Shown here: positions 7,881-15,974 of the stretch, piece by piece | Position numbering within the stretch: position 1 is the first letter of the stretch | Layout of the letters: every line of letters starts with the position of its first letter | The notes under the pieces: generated by a model | Told to the model about the DNA's origin: nothing | The model's input: only the letters and a program-made list of their open reading frames with translations | Database searches by the model: none | Translations under genes and position numbers: made by a program | DNA from: Prochloraceae cyanobacterium | GTDB taxonomy: Bacteria; Cyanobacteriota; Cyanobacteriia; Cyanobacteriales; JASJDA01 | Direction: 5' to 3' | Assembly (NCBI GenBank): GCA_030065265.1 | Contig: JASJCW010000006.1 | Location: forward strand, 1,820-65,819 | DNA: 64,000 nt

Positions 7881-8291
7881 TTGACTGCTTTAAATCAATC
7901 AACAGAGGATAAGAAAATGGTCAAAGCTAAAATAGATAAAAGACTCAAGCTAAAAACAACAGATAAACGCTATAAAAACCTTAGTCCAGAACAGGTTGCA
8001 ATTTTCAAAGCTAACGAGATACCAGCGTCAACAGTCCGCTATAGAATCAAAAAAGGTTGGGATGTAGAGCGAGCTATAACTGAAAAACCTAAGACTAGGA
8101 ACAATAACAACGAAGGTGATCTAGGGATGTACGGAACTAAGAATAAAGGCAAGGATCGTCACTTCAGGATTAACAAGGATCTCGACAGTCAATTAGATGA
8201 GATAGTTGCTAACAGTGGCTCTAATCATTCTGATTTTATCGCGGCGATCGTCACTGAATGGCTAGAAAAAAACAAATCGCTTTCATCATAG
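7881..8291 (+). CDS. DNA-binding protein, N-terminal HTH (..STVRYRIKKGWDVERAI..) and C-terminal RHH-like segment
   Basis: 136-aa ORF with a TTG start. An ATG at 7917 (MVKAKIDK) is an alternative start. The C-terminus RHFRINKDLDSQLDEIVANSGSNHSDFIAAIVTEWL looks CopG-like. Confidence 0.6.
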   Translation: MTALNQSTEDKKMVKAKIDKRLKLKTTDKRYKNLSPEQVAIFKANEIPASTVRYRIKKGWDVERAITEKPKTRNNNNEGDLGMYGTKNKGKDRHFRINKDLDSQLDEIVANSGSNHSDFIAAIVTEWLEKNKSLSS

Positions 8292-8382
8292 AGTTGAGAG
8301 CGATCAACATATAACAAACAAAACAAAGTTAATCAATCGAACTAATCAATCGAACTAACTAAGTTGCCATAATTATAACAAA

Positions 8383-8793
8383 CTAGTTAGGCTGAAACAA
8401 TCCATAAAATTGTTGACCTAACTCGCCTTTAACATATGGATTCTGCGGGTATAGTTTCAAAGTAAACTTCCCTTTTAACCCGTCGATCTCAATTTCCCCT
8501 TCTGACAAATGAGTGATGTCAGAAGGGAATATTTTAGGATCCGTCAATCTTCCCCTAATCTCGATTATTTTCTGGTCTTTACCCTGAGAATAGCGATCGG
8601 TGGGAGATGTCGGCGATTCATTCTCGTGTACGATCGCTCTGAACTCTCTAACATTGCTGCTAGCTCTCCCTATCCTCAATTGTCCAGTAGTTGGATCGGT
8701 GATTATCTGGGAAGTGGTAAAGAATAGAGTAGCATTAGCATTATTCTCTAAAGGTTCAAAAGCTGTTGTTGGCGGTCTGAAGTCAGAATACAT
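8383..8793 (-). CDS. hypothetical protein (136 aa)
   Basis: ORF from the track. Overlaps the next gene by 11 nt (operon). Confidence 0.55.
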   Translation of the reverse strand: MYSDFRPPTTAFEPLENNANATLFFTTSQIITDPTTGQLRIGRASSNVREFRAIVHENESPTSPTDRYSQGKDQKIIEIRGRLTDPKIFPSDITHLSEGEIEIDGLKGKFTLKLYPQNPYVKGELGQQFYGLFQPN

Positions 8794-9103
8794 TGCTAGT
8801 AGGTGTTTTAAAAGCTTCGATCGCGGGCATACCTTTTTTGAGTCTCCTATAAAAAGTTCCCCTGCTTATCTTATAATAGCTACACCACTGACTCACATTC
8901 ATTGTGGCTCTTTCAATCGTGTAGAGCGTCTGCTTGCTAGCTTTTGTTTTCAGTCCAAATATCTTGCGCAGCGACTTCCCCATAGAGTAAAGGCGATCAA
9001 ATTCCTGCTCTGACAAATCATATTGCTTGCACCAATAAGCTTTCCTTCTAGTTTTTCTGTTCAGAGTAATTAACTCGTCACTAGCTATGTAATCTCTTCT
9101 CAT
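8783..9103 (-). CDS. small HTH protein (hypothetical)
   Basis: 106 aa. ISRGTFYRRLKKGMPAIEAF resembles the KGW/KGM HTH segments of 7881..8291 and 10102..10372. Confidence 0.55.
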   Translation of the reverse strand: MRRDYIASDELITLNRKTRRKAYWCKQYDLSEQEFDRLYSMGKSLRKIFGLKTKASKQTLYTIERATMNVSQWCSYYKISRGTFYRRLKKGMPAIEAFKTPTSNVF

Positions 9104-9136
9104 CTCATCTAGTTTAATCTGTGAATCTATGTTGAT

Positions 9137-9239
9137 TAGAACGCCTAAGAACGGCTGAAATCCTACCTCTCACGTCATATTGACGAAAAAGCCGAAACAT
9201 TGTTGAACGCGTTCTATTTTCGTTCTATTCCCGTTCTAC
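9137..9239. promoter_or_regulatory. phased CGTTCT/AGAACG boxes in a divergent intergenic region
   Basis: cgttcta(t/c) at 9210, 9221 and 9232 (11-bp period). Inverted agaacg within tagaacg (9137..9143) and aagaacg (9147..9153) (10-bp period). Confidence 0.55.
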
Positions 9240-9281
9240 TTGATGTTATATTAGAGCTATTTGTTACTTGTGGTAAGTTTA

Positions 9282-9842
9282 ATGAGTCCATATACTAAAG
9301 AAGAGATAGAGAAATTATTTATAGAATCGCCACAAGATCTCACCATATCAGAGATAGCGCGACAGACAGGACGATCTAAAAGTGTCGTGCATTATTGGAT
9401 AAATAAAAATCATTGGAATAAGAAAAGGAAAGAATTTTGGGATGGTACGCAAGCTATGGAGGAGCCTTCTATAGCTCCTGCTGTCAAGAGAGCCAACCAA
9501 AGTTTAAATAAGATTCAAAAAATATTAAATTTAGATGCTGCAGGTTTAGCTTTAGATCATCTCGTAACTTACCAGAAGTTTAGAAAGTTTTCAGAGTTAA
9601 TCTTGAGTCAGATAATCAAGAAAGTCAACGAATCGCCAGATCCGATCGCTGAGATAAAAAATATAAATATAAAAGACATCAATTTACTCAGTCAGATAAG
9701 CGATCGCTCTATTAAAGGCGAGAGTGCATCTATAGCACTTCACTTGCAGATTAATCCGAGTATGGCGATCGCCAGTCTGGAAAATATGGGTTATGTAGTA
9801 ATCGATCCTAACGATTCTATTGAAACTATCCCTACTGAATGA
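9282..9842 (+). CDS. HTH protein, possible small terminase subunit
   Basis: N-terminal HTH LTISEIARQTGRSKSVVHYWINKN. Lies about 1.6 kb upstream of the large terminase, with element B and a minus-strand gene in between. The ATG at 9282 is preferred over the TTG at 9261. Function is inferred from context only. Confidence 0.4.
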   Translation: MSPYTKEEIEKLFIESPQDLTISEIARQTGRSKSVVHYWINKNHWNKKRKEFWDGTQAMEEPSIAPAVKRANQSLNKIQKILNLDAAGLALDHLVTYQKFRKFSELILSQIIKKVNESPDPIAEIKNINIKDINLLSQISDRSIKGESASIALHLQINPSMAIASLENMGYVVIDPNDSIETIPTE

Positions 9843-9867
9843 ATCGGTGTTCCTAGGAACACCGATT
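9842..9867. repeat. Dispersed 26-bp palindrome, copy 3 of 8 (perfect)
   Basis: aatcggtgttcctaggaacaccgatt. Its first base is the last base of the TGA stop of 9282..9842. Confidence 0.9.
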
Positions 9868-10025
9868 GATGTAAGCGATTACTTAAACTGAGTATCGATA
9901 TAGATATTTTATCAAATAATCAAATTATGATATAGTTTAATTGCTTATCTAAATAATTGTCGCTTATTGGTTGGTATTGATTGCATTACTTCTGTTGTCT
10001 CCGAGGTTAGACTTTTTTTATTAAA

Positions 10026-10047
10026 AAGCTAGAGAAAGCTCTAGCTT
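10026..10047. terminator. hairpin aagctagag-aaag-ctctagctt flanked by T/A runs (possibly bidirectional)
   Basis: Read directly. A T-run precedes it and T-rich sequence follows. Confidence 0.4.
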
Positions 10048-10101
10048 ATTCTTTTAAAGGGATGTTTAGTTTTTTGCTTAAATGCTGTAAAACAACTTCT
10101 C

Positions 10102-10372
10102 TTACATAGTCGGATAGCGATAAATACTCTCAGCTGCGATCGCTTGCAGCTTGTTATCCCAGTATTCAGGAATGGTAAATTGTCTGCGGCGATCGTCAGC
10201 CACTGTAGTGGCAAAAGTTCCGTCAGGATTCCTTACAATTGCAGGTTTTCTTTTTAATGGTTGAGAGATAGCTCCCCTCCATATCCCAACCGAGTGAGAG
10301 CCTTTTATTTAAAGCTTTGCGAGTGATTCCGTTATTGAGAGCGATTGCGAGATTTTTTCTCGAAATTTTCAT
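10102..10372 (-). pseudogene. HTH gene broken by a frame change at an A-rich tract (or programmed or sequencing frameshift)
   Basis: Frame 1: MKISRKNLAIALNNGITRKALNKRLSLGWDMEGSYLSTIKKK... stops at 10223. The adjacent frame continues KRKPAIVRNPDGTFATTVADDRRRQFTIPEYWDNKLQAIAAESIYRYPTM* to 10102. The switch is at attaaaaagaaaacc. Confidence 0.3.
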
Positions 10373-10398
10373 CTACTAACAGACAATAACCTCAGACT

Positions 10399-10745
10399 CT
10401 TTGACATCCTCTCTCCGTTAACCCTACGGGTTTAACGGGAGATTCCAAAACTGAAATCTCAAGGCTCGGAGGTAGCAATAAGCTACGAACACACCAATTA
10501 CGGTGTCACACTGGCACTGTCAAGGCAACCCTACTCTCTCATACCGAAGTATTTGAGTATACTTTTTTTTCTATCAACCTATGTTTAATTCACTCCCTGC
10601 TAAGTATCTAATTCAGACCCCTGACTGTCACCCGTTCACCTTTAAGGCGAGTTGCATAAGCGGTTGTGTCTCAGGTATTTCACCTGTACTAATCGCAGAT
10701 CGTCGTGTTTTAGCCGATACAGATATTATACATCGGCTAAACTCT
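10399..10745 (-). ncRNA. Element B: unclassified structured-RNA-like element, paralogue of element A
   Basis: Reverse complement aligns with 4300..4634: same UUCG hairpin, covarying helix (10491..10506), closing helix (ttgaca 10401..10406 / tgtcaa 10518..10523), caggt-gaaat-acctg hairpin, and TATAAT on the minus strand at 10725..10730. Confidence 0.4.
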
Positions 10746-10773
10746 TTATTCTGTAAAGATTTCAGCTTTTTAT

Positions 10774-11433
10774 TTATTGATTTTTTACGCTCGTGGAGTC
10801 CCCTGCGCGAAATACAGATGGCATTATATCTGAGGTTATTGTTTTAGATTCAGAATTGTTGACAATTTTTATCCCTTGAATCAGATCTCGAATAAAGACC
10901 AGATCGGTGGAAATGTAATTTTCAGGTAGCGACTGTTCGATCTCTTCTATCTGCCACTGAGAGCGATCGCAATTTAACAGCAGGTTGCCTGCTATTTTTA
11001 CAGCTAGAGTAAAGTAAGGCTTATAACCGACTGTCCCATTTAATGGCAATTGCTTTGCTTCTATTTTGAGAAAAGAAATTATAGCCTTTTGTAAGTGGGA
11101 GTAAGAACTAATTTTACTGTCATTGGCTAAAAAATACAAAAAATCTTCTAACTCATTTGAAGTCTCTAAATGTTCTGGGATGCTAACTTGTAGATTAGAT
11201 TTGCTTTGAAAGTCCTGTACTCTTTTGATAGTTTCTATGAAATTTTGTATTTCCTCGCCACTTTTTTTAAGACTTTTAGATTCGAGGCAATCTTGAAAGC
11301 TACGCAAACAACAGATTAAAAAGTCAGATTTGTAGCTGACAATCTTGCCTAATTCAGAATCCGCTAATATTCTTTTAAACTCAGTAGGGAACGATTTTAT
11401 TAATCGTTGTATCTTTTTCTCGTCTAGTTTCAT
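10774..11433 (-). CDS. hypothetical protein (219 aa)
   Basis: ORF from the track. Its ATG overlaps the terminase ATG on the other strand (CATGATG, 11431..11437). Confidence 0.55.
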   Translation of the reverse strand: MKLDEKKIQRLIKSFPTEFKRILADSELGKIVSYKSDFLICCLRSFQDCLESKSLKKSGEEIQNFIETIKRVQDFQSKSNLQVSIPEHLETSNELEDFLYFLANDSKISSYSHLQKAIISFLKIEAKQLPLNGTVGYKPYFTLAVKIAGNLLLNCDRSQWQIEEIEQSLPENYISTDLVFIRDLIQGIKIVNNSESKTITSDIMPSVFRAGDSTSVKNQ

Positions 11434-12877
11434 GATGCTAAATAGAATTATTACCCCTAAATATAAAGGTAAAATAAAAGACTGGGGTAAACTGCATTCA
11501 TTTACTCAAACTGTGGATGCTGCGAGTTATCCAGTGTTCGAGCCAAATCCTGGCGGTCAACAGGAAATCTTTGATCGTCTCTCTCTCAGTAGCATTTATG
11601 GCGGTGCTTATCGCTGGTATTGGATCCTCGGTGGCATAAACTCAGGTAAGTCTACTTGTGCTGCTGCTTTTATCTGCAATCAAGCCAGATTAGATCCCAG
11701 TATTAGAATACTCATAACTGCTAACAGCTATCCTCAGCTAATGATGAGTACTTTAGTTGCTCTAGCTGAATTCTGCGAGAAATTTGGCTACAAGCTAGAA
11801 CCATCTCTACCTTCGCCAGAAGACACAGCAGCAAAAATAGCAGCATTAAAGCATTGTAAAATAGAAGGTGCTTATTGTTTCGTCAGATCTGCTGATAGTT
11901 TCACTGGTGCAACTGAAAAAGCCAAACAAGGAGGCCGCGGCATACAAGTAAGAATTGTTTGGTGGGACGAGGGAAGTTACAACGATCGTATGTGCTTTCA
12001 AACTATAGACGGACGTTTAGGACGTGGCGCGGGTAGTGTAAAAGGGATAGGAATAATCAGCAGCAGTATCAATAGGATTAACCCATTTAACTGGACATAC
12101 GATCTATTCGCTAGCGATCGTCGAGATGAATTACAAAAGCAGATATATGGTAGTACGATTATCCCCACCACGGAAAACATACACGCCGATCCCGATTTCG
12201 TACGATCTCAAGAAGCTTCACTTACTCCAGAATTAAGAGCATTAGAACTCGAAGGTAGATTCGTTAGCATTACCACTGGTCGAGTGTTCAATTACTTCAA
12301 ACGCGATCGCCACTTAAAATCGCTATCAGTCAATCTCAATTTATACGTGTGTGTCTCTTTTGATTTCAACCGATCGCCAGCTACCTGCTTGATAGCACAG
12401 AGCAGTGGACGATCGGTTGAAGTGGTAAGAGAGTTTTATTTATTGGAATCGGACACCATGCAACTAGCTGAAGCTGTGGCACAGTATCTAAGGAAATTGG
12501 GAGTTTCTGTATTAGTATATGGCGACAGTACGGGCATTCAAAGAACAGCTAATAGTAAATTTACAAACTGGCAAATAGTCTGGGATACCTTTAGCAGACA
12601 TGGGGTTTATGGCGTTAGAAAATATCCCGATCGCAATGCCAGCGTTTTAGATAGCGTCCACAGCGTCAATAATGCTTTCAATCGAGATGAGATCTTTATC
12701 GATCCTAGCTGTAAGGAACTCATAGCAGATCTGGAATTTTTGACGTGGGATAAAAATGACAAAATAGACAAGCGCGACATCAAGCGATCGCACTTAGGTG
12801 ATTGTTTGAGATATTTGATAGATGGCATACTTCCATATAGAAGAGAAACCATCAAGAGATCTGGTCGTTGGGGCTGA
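11432..12877 (+). CDS. terL: terminase large subunit
   Basis: Walker A ILGGINSGKSTCAA. Walker B RIVWWDEGS. C-terminal nuclease-like acidic motifs (VSFDFN, VYGDSTG, GDCLRY). ATG at 11432 chosen within the track ORF 11345..12877. Confidence 0.9.
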   Translation: MMLNRIITPKYKGKIKDWGKLHSFTQTVDAASYPVFEPNPGGQQEIFDRLSLSSIYGGAYRWYWILGGINSGKSTCAAAFICNQARLDPSIRILITANSYPQLMMSTLVALAEFCEKFGYKLEPSLPSPEDTAAKIAALKHCKIEGAYCFVRSADSFTGATEKAKQGGRGIQVRIVWWDEGSYNDRMCFQTIDGRLGRGAGSVKGIGIISSSINRINPFNWTYDLFASDRRDELQKQIYGSTIIPTTENIHADPDFVRSQEASLTPELRALELEGRFVSITTGRVFNYFKRDRHLKSLSVNLNLYVCVSFDFNRSPATCLIAQSSGRSVEVVREFYLLESDTMQLAEAVAQYLRKLGVSVLVYGDSTGIQRTANSKFTNWQIVWDTFSRHGVYGVRKYPDRNASVLDSVHSVNNAFNRDEIFIDPSCKELIADLEFLTWDKNDKIDKRDIKRSHLGDCLRYLIDGILPYRRETIKRSGRWG

Positions 12878-12888
12878 TTCTCTCAATT

Positions 12889-12954
12889 GCTATAGCAATC
12901 CGATTTAATTCGTAAATGTGATTTCCTGCTCAATTTCACGATCCAGATCGGATT
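12889..12954. repeat. left copy of the duplicated hairpin element flanking the PadR cassette
   Basis: gctatagc-aatccgatttaattcgtaaat...tttcacgatccagatcggatt. Shares both ends with 14273..14386. Confidence 0.7.
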
Positions 12955-12987
12955 ATATTTCAATCTCTTGATTTATTGAAAACTTGC

Positions 12988-13020
12988 AAAAAAAACTCCT
13001 GAATTGTACAATTCAGAAGG
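12988..13020 (-). terminator. rho-independent terminator of the cassette (minus strand)
   Basis: On the minus strand: ccttctgaattg-ta-caattcaggag followed by T8. Confidence 0.7.
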
Positions 13021-13067
13021 TTAGAAACTTATTGCTTTACCAGGCTAGTAGCCTGGCAGTTTGAAGA

Positions 13068-13313
13068 TTACGAACTCGAAAACGGAATCAGCCCTTTTAG
13101 CCAATAAAACAATTTATCAAGCACGGTTTCAAATTTGCCCCAAAATAGCTGTGCTATTTTTATTGAATCAAACAGAATGAGACCTTTTGGGTTTTCCGTG
13201 TCTTCTTGTTGGTTTATCATATCAAATCTATCTTGGTCGCAGTGGTATAACCACGCTTCAGCATCTTCTTTTCCTAACAAAGCATAAGCCATAGGCAAAC
13301 CCAATTCTTTCAT
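13068..13313 (-). CDS. small hypothetical protein (81 aa) downstream of PadR
   Basis: Trimmed from track ORF 13068..13727, whose upstream part overlaps the PadR frame. ATG at 13313 gives MKELGLPMAYALLGKEDAEAWLYHCDQ.... Confidence 0.5.
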   Translation of the reverse strand: MKELGLPMAYALLGKEDAEAWLYHCDQDRFDMINQQEDTENPKGLILFDSIKIAQLFWGKFETVLDKLFYWLKGLIPFSSS

Positions 13314-13326
13314 TATCAAGGTTCTT

Positions 13327-13965
13327 TTATATCTTTTCTGATTCAGCGGATACGTCTGCAAGTAACAACTCAAATTTTGAGTTGATATTGCTTCTGACAT
13401 ATCCCCAGCCTTTTGGGGTAAGCTTGTAGTAACGTCTTCTTGCACCACAATTGCTTTTTTCGTCCCCCCATCTCCCAGAGATGAGTTCTTTGTCTCCAAG
13501 ATTTTTGATGATTGGGTAGATCGAACCCTCAGAGAGTCTTTTTCCTGTCGTCTCCTGGATGATCTGTTGTATTTGTTTGGAGTACAACTCCCGACATCCG
13601 ATTGCGAAGAGAACGGTCTCTTCTCTTTGTGTGACTTTGACTTGAAATTGGGTGAATTTAGATTCTTCATTGTGGGGGTTTGTTTTTTCCCTACTAAATA
13701 CCTCTGAGTCAAAAGATTCTGAGCCAAGAGAATCTGTAAGCTTTTTCAGGTATTTGTACAAATCTTCCACTAGTTCTTTAGCGGGCTCACCTCGTGGAAG
13801 AAGTCTTCTTTTTAAACTATTTGTGTTCATAATTTTCAGCCGTTCATACTCGCGATGTGATTTTGTCTTGTCCAGCCCCTTAGCTAGACAGAAGAGATCT
13901 TTGTGCGATCGTGGGGATCGATGGTGTGGTGATGTGATTTGAGTATTGTCGGAATCGTCGTCCAT
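13327..13965 (-). CDS. PadR-family winged-helix transcriptional regulator (start uncertain: 13965, 13830 or 14070)
   Basis: C-terminal half has LYSKQIQQIIQETTGKRLSEGSIYPIIKNLGDKELISGRWGDEKSNCGARRRYYKLTPKGWGY, the PadR signature pattern. Confidence 0.7.
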   Translation of the reverse strand: MDDDSDNTQITSPHHRSPRSHKDLFCLAKGLDKTKSHREYERLKIMNTNSLKRRLLPRGEPAKELVEDLYKYLKKLTDSLGSESFDSEVFSREKTNPHNEESKFTQFQVKVTQREETVLFAIGCRELYSKQIQQIIQETTGKRLSEGSIYPIIKNLGDKELISGRWGDEKSNCGARRRYYKLTPKGWGYVRSNINSKFELLLADVSAESEKI

Positions 13966-14017
13966 CTCCTGAAGTAGTCCTTGTAAGACGATTACGAAGT
14001 GGGGAGGGCATACAATT

Positions 14018-14200
14018 CTACAGTCCAATTCCATTATCAGCTCCAATTCCATTACCAAGATAGGCAACACTAGGAAAAATCAAAGTCGCGATCGTAACCA
14101 CAGAACCAAGAACTAACCCTCCTAATGAACCTCCATTCGCAGCAGCAGGACTGGTGTCCCTTGTGTTGCTTGTTTTTTGTTTATTTTTACAAAAAATCAT
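14018..14200 (-). CDS. small membrane protein (60 aa)
   Basis: Hydrophobic GGLVLGSVVTIATLIF. First gene after the cassette promoter. Confidence 0.4.
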   Translation of the reverse strand: MIFCKNKQKTSNTRDTSPAAANGGSLGGLVLGSVVTIATLIFPSVAYLGNGIGADNGIGL

Positions 14201-14229
14201 TTTTGGTACTCCGTTATACTTACTGTTTT

Positions 14230-14259
14230 AGTATAACCTTGGATTTCCAAGGTTGTCAA
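14230..14259 (-). promoter_or_regulatory. near-consensus sigma70 promoter with a palindromic operator in the spacer
   Basis: Minus strand reads TTGACA-accttggaaatccaaggt-TATACT, with an 18-nt spacer formed by the palindrome at 14236..14253. Sits about 30 nt upstream of the 14200 start. Confidence 0.65.
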
Positions 14260-14272
14260 GAACAAATATAGT

Positions 14273-14386
14273 AATCTGATTTAATTCGTAAATCCAATCG
14301 TCTGCTTAATCCTGTGCGTCACTACAGGGATTCAGCGAGTCGGATTGCCCCGCTCGATTTCACGACTCAGATCGGATTGCTATAGC
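14273..14386. repeat. right copy of the duplicated hairpin element flanking the PadR cassette
   Basis: aatctgatttaattcgtaaat...(extra ~45 nt)...gctcgatttcacgactcagatcggatt-gctatagc. Confidence 0.7.
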
Positions 14387-14453
14387 TTAGATATTAAACG
14401 AAAGATTGAATGTTGATACAATAAACGAACAGTTTGCAGATGAGAAATATTAA

Positions 14454-15974
14454 GTGGTTAATCTCTCCGAGTTAAACTCTAACTCACTTTTCCTCGCTCC
14501 CACAGGAGATGTAAGCAAAAAGGATCCCGACTACCTAAAAAATTTACCTACCTTAATCTACTTAGAAGATATGTGGACGGGTTTAGAAAATTGGTACAAA
14601 GACGGAATTGTAATTGATGTCCTAAAAGCTGAAAGATATCTACCTAAATTCAAGTATGAAGACGACGGTATCTACAGAAATAGATTGGCTCTGACTAGTT
14701 GGGACGATAAGTTTAAACGTACTATAGAGCAAGATTTAGCTGGCTTGCTCTCAAAAATGGTTGTGTCTAACTTGCCACCTACTTTAGAAGAGAATATAAA
14801 CAATGTAGATTTAAGCGGGAACTCATTAGACGTTGTTCTCAAGACATTAGATGTGTTGTCACTGAGAGACGGATCTGCATTTTGCTTGATCGACTTTCCC
14901 AACGAATCGCCACCACAGAACGAACTTGAAAGGAGGCGATTGCGATCGAGACAGCGACCTTATTTAGTCCCCATACCGAGAAAGCAGATAATAAACTGGA
15001 AGTATTCTAACGCTAGTGGCAATCTAACCATAGAGCAAGTCGTCATCAAGAGGGAGATTAAGAAGTATTTAGATCGTTTCGATCGCCAGTACGTCACTCA
15101 ATATCTAGTCTTAGAACCTGGTACGTTTGAAATTTACGAGAAAACTGATGCTGTCTCAACAGAAGAGTTAATCTTAGTAAACCGCGGTCAAACGAGCTTA
15201 GACTTCGTTCCCATTGTCGGATATTCGTTGCACTCGTCAGATCCTTTCCTGGCTGATTTCCCTTTAAAGTGCATAGCCGATCTGAATCTAGATTTATATC
15301 GCTACGATGCCGATCTAAAGTGGTCTCAACACCTTGCTAATTGCCCTACATTAGTTTATGAAACGATGTCAAAAGTCAAAGACGGAACTCTCCAAGGTAC
15401 GCAGCAAACTAAACAAGATGAAGAGTTAAAGATCGGTGCAGGGCAAATAATTTTTGCTGAATCTAAAGTTTACTGGTTGGAGCTAGAAGGGAAAACTCTA
15501 GAGTCAACTATGAAACTAATGCAGTTGACTAACGAGAATATCGATCGCAAGTCTATTGGATATCTCACAGGTATTCTCGGCAAGCAAAAAACAGCCACGG
15601 AAATCAGTATAAATGCCTCGCAAGCTGAAGCCAACCTAGAAGCTATATCGAAACAAAAGCAATCGGCGATCGAGCAAATATTGAGAGTTTGGCAATCTTA
15701 CACCAACGAAAATGTAGAGCCAGAATTCAGCTTCGATACTAGCTTCTTAACTAAATCACTCCAAAATACAACATTGAGCGATTATCGGGAATCTTGGCTA
15801 GTTGGGTGGCTTTCACATTCACTTTCTCTGAAATTAGCCAGTGATGCTGGTGCATTCCCTAAGCCGCTTAGCGATCGCGAACTTGAAGATGAATTAAGCA
15901 ATAATAGGGTAGAATCTCAATTAACTCCACCGCCAATATTACCGAGCGAGCCAGACGAGAGAGGCAATGTATGA
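14454..15974 (+). CDS. putative portal protein
   Basis: 506-aa ORF and the first structural-size gene after terL (ignoring the inserted cassette). Acidic C-terminus. GTG start. Called from position and size only. Confidence 0.5.
   Translation: MVNLSELNSNSLFLAPTGDVSKKDPDYLKNLPTLIYLEDMWTGLENWYKDGIVIDVLKAERYLPKFKYEDDGIYRNRLALTSWDDKFKRTIEQDLAGLLSKMVVSNLPPTLEENINNVDLSGNSLDVVLKTLDVLSLRDGSAFCLIDFPNESPPQNELERRRLRSRQRPYLVPIPRKQIINWKYSNASGNLTIEQVVIKREIKKYLDRFDRQYVTQYLVLEPGTFEIYEKTDAVSTEELILVNRGQTSLDFVPIVGYSLHSSDPFLADFPLKCIADLNLDLYRYDADLKWSQHLANCPTLVYETMSKVKDGTLQGTQQTKQDEELKIGAGQIIFAESKVYWLELEGKTLESTMKLMQLTNENIDRKSIGYLTGILGKQKTATEISINASQAEANLEAISKQKQSAIEQILRVWQSYTNENVEPEFSFDTSFLTKSLQNTTLSDYRESWLVGWLSHSLSLKLASDAGAFPKPLSDRELEDELSNNRVESQLTPPPILPSEPDERGNV

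Noticed and set aside
10401-10407. TTGACAT at the inner ends of elements A and B as a -35 promoter box.
   Set aside because: No -10-like hexamer lies 16-19 nt downstream in either copy. The hexamer is better explained as the 3' strand of the conserved closing helix UUGACA/UGUCAA.
13068-13727. 219-aa track ORF overlapping the PadR gene.
   Set aside because: Its upstream two-thirds overlaps the PadR frame, which has a clear family signature, and reads as low-complexity S/K/R-rich sequence. Only the distal part from the ATG at 13313 is kept.
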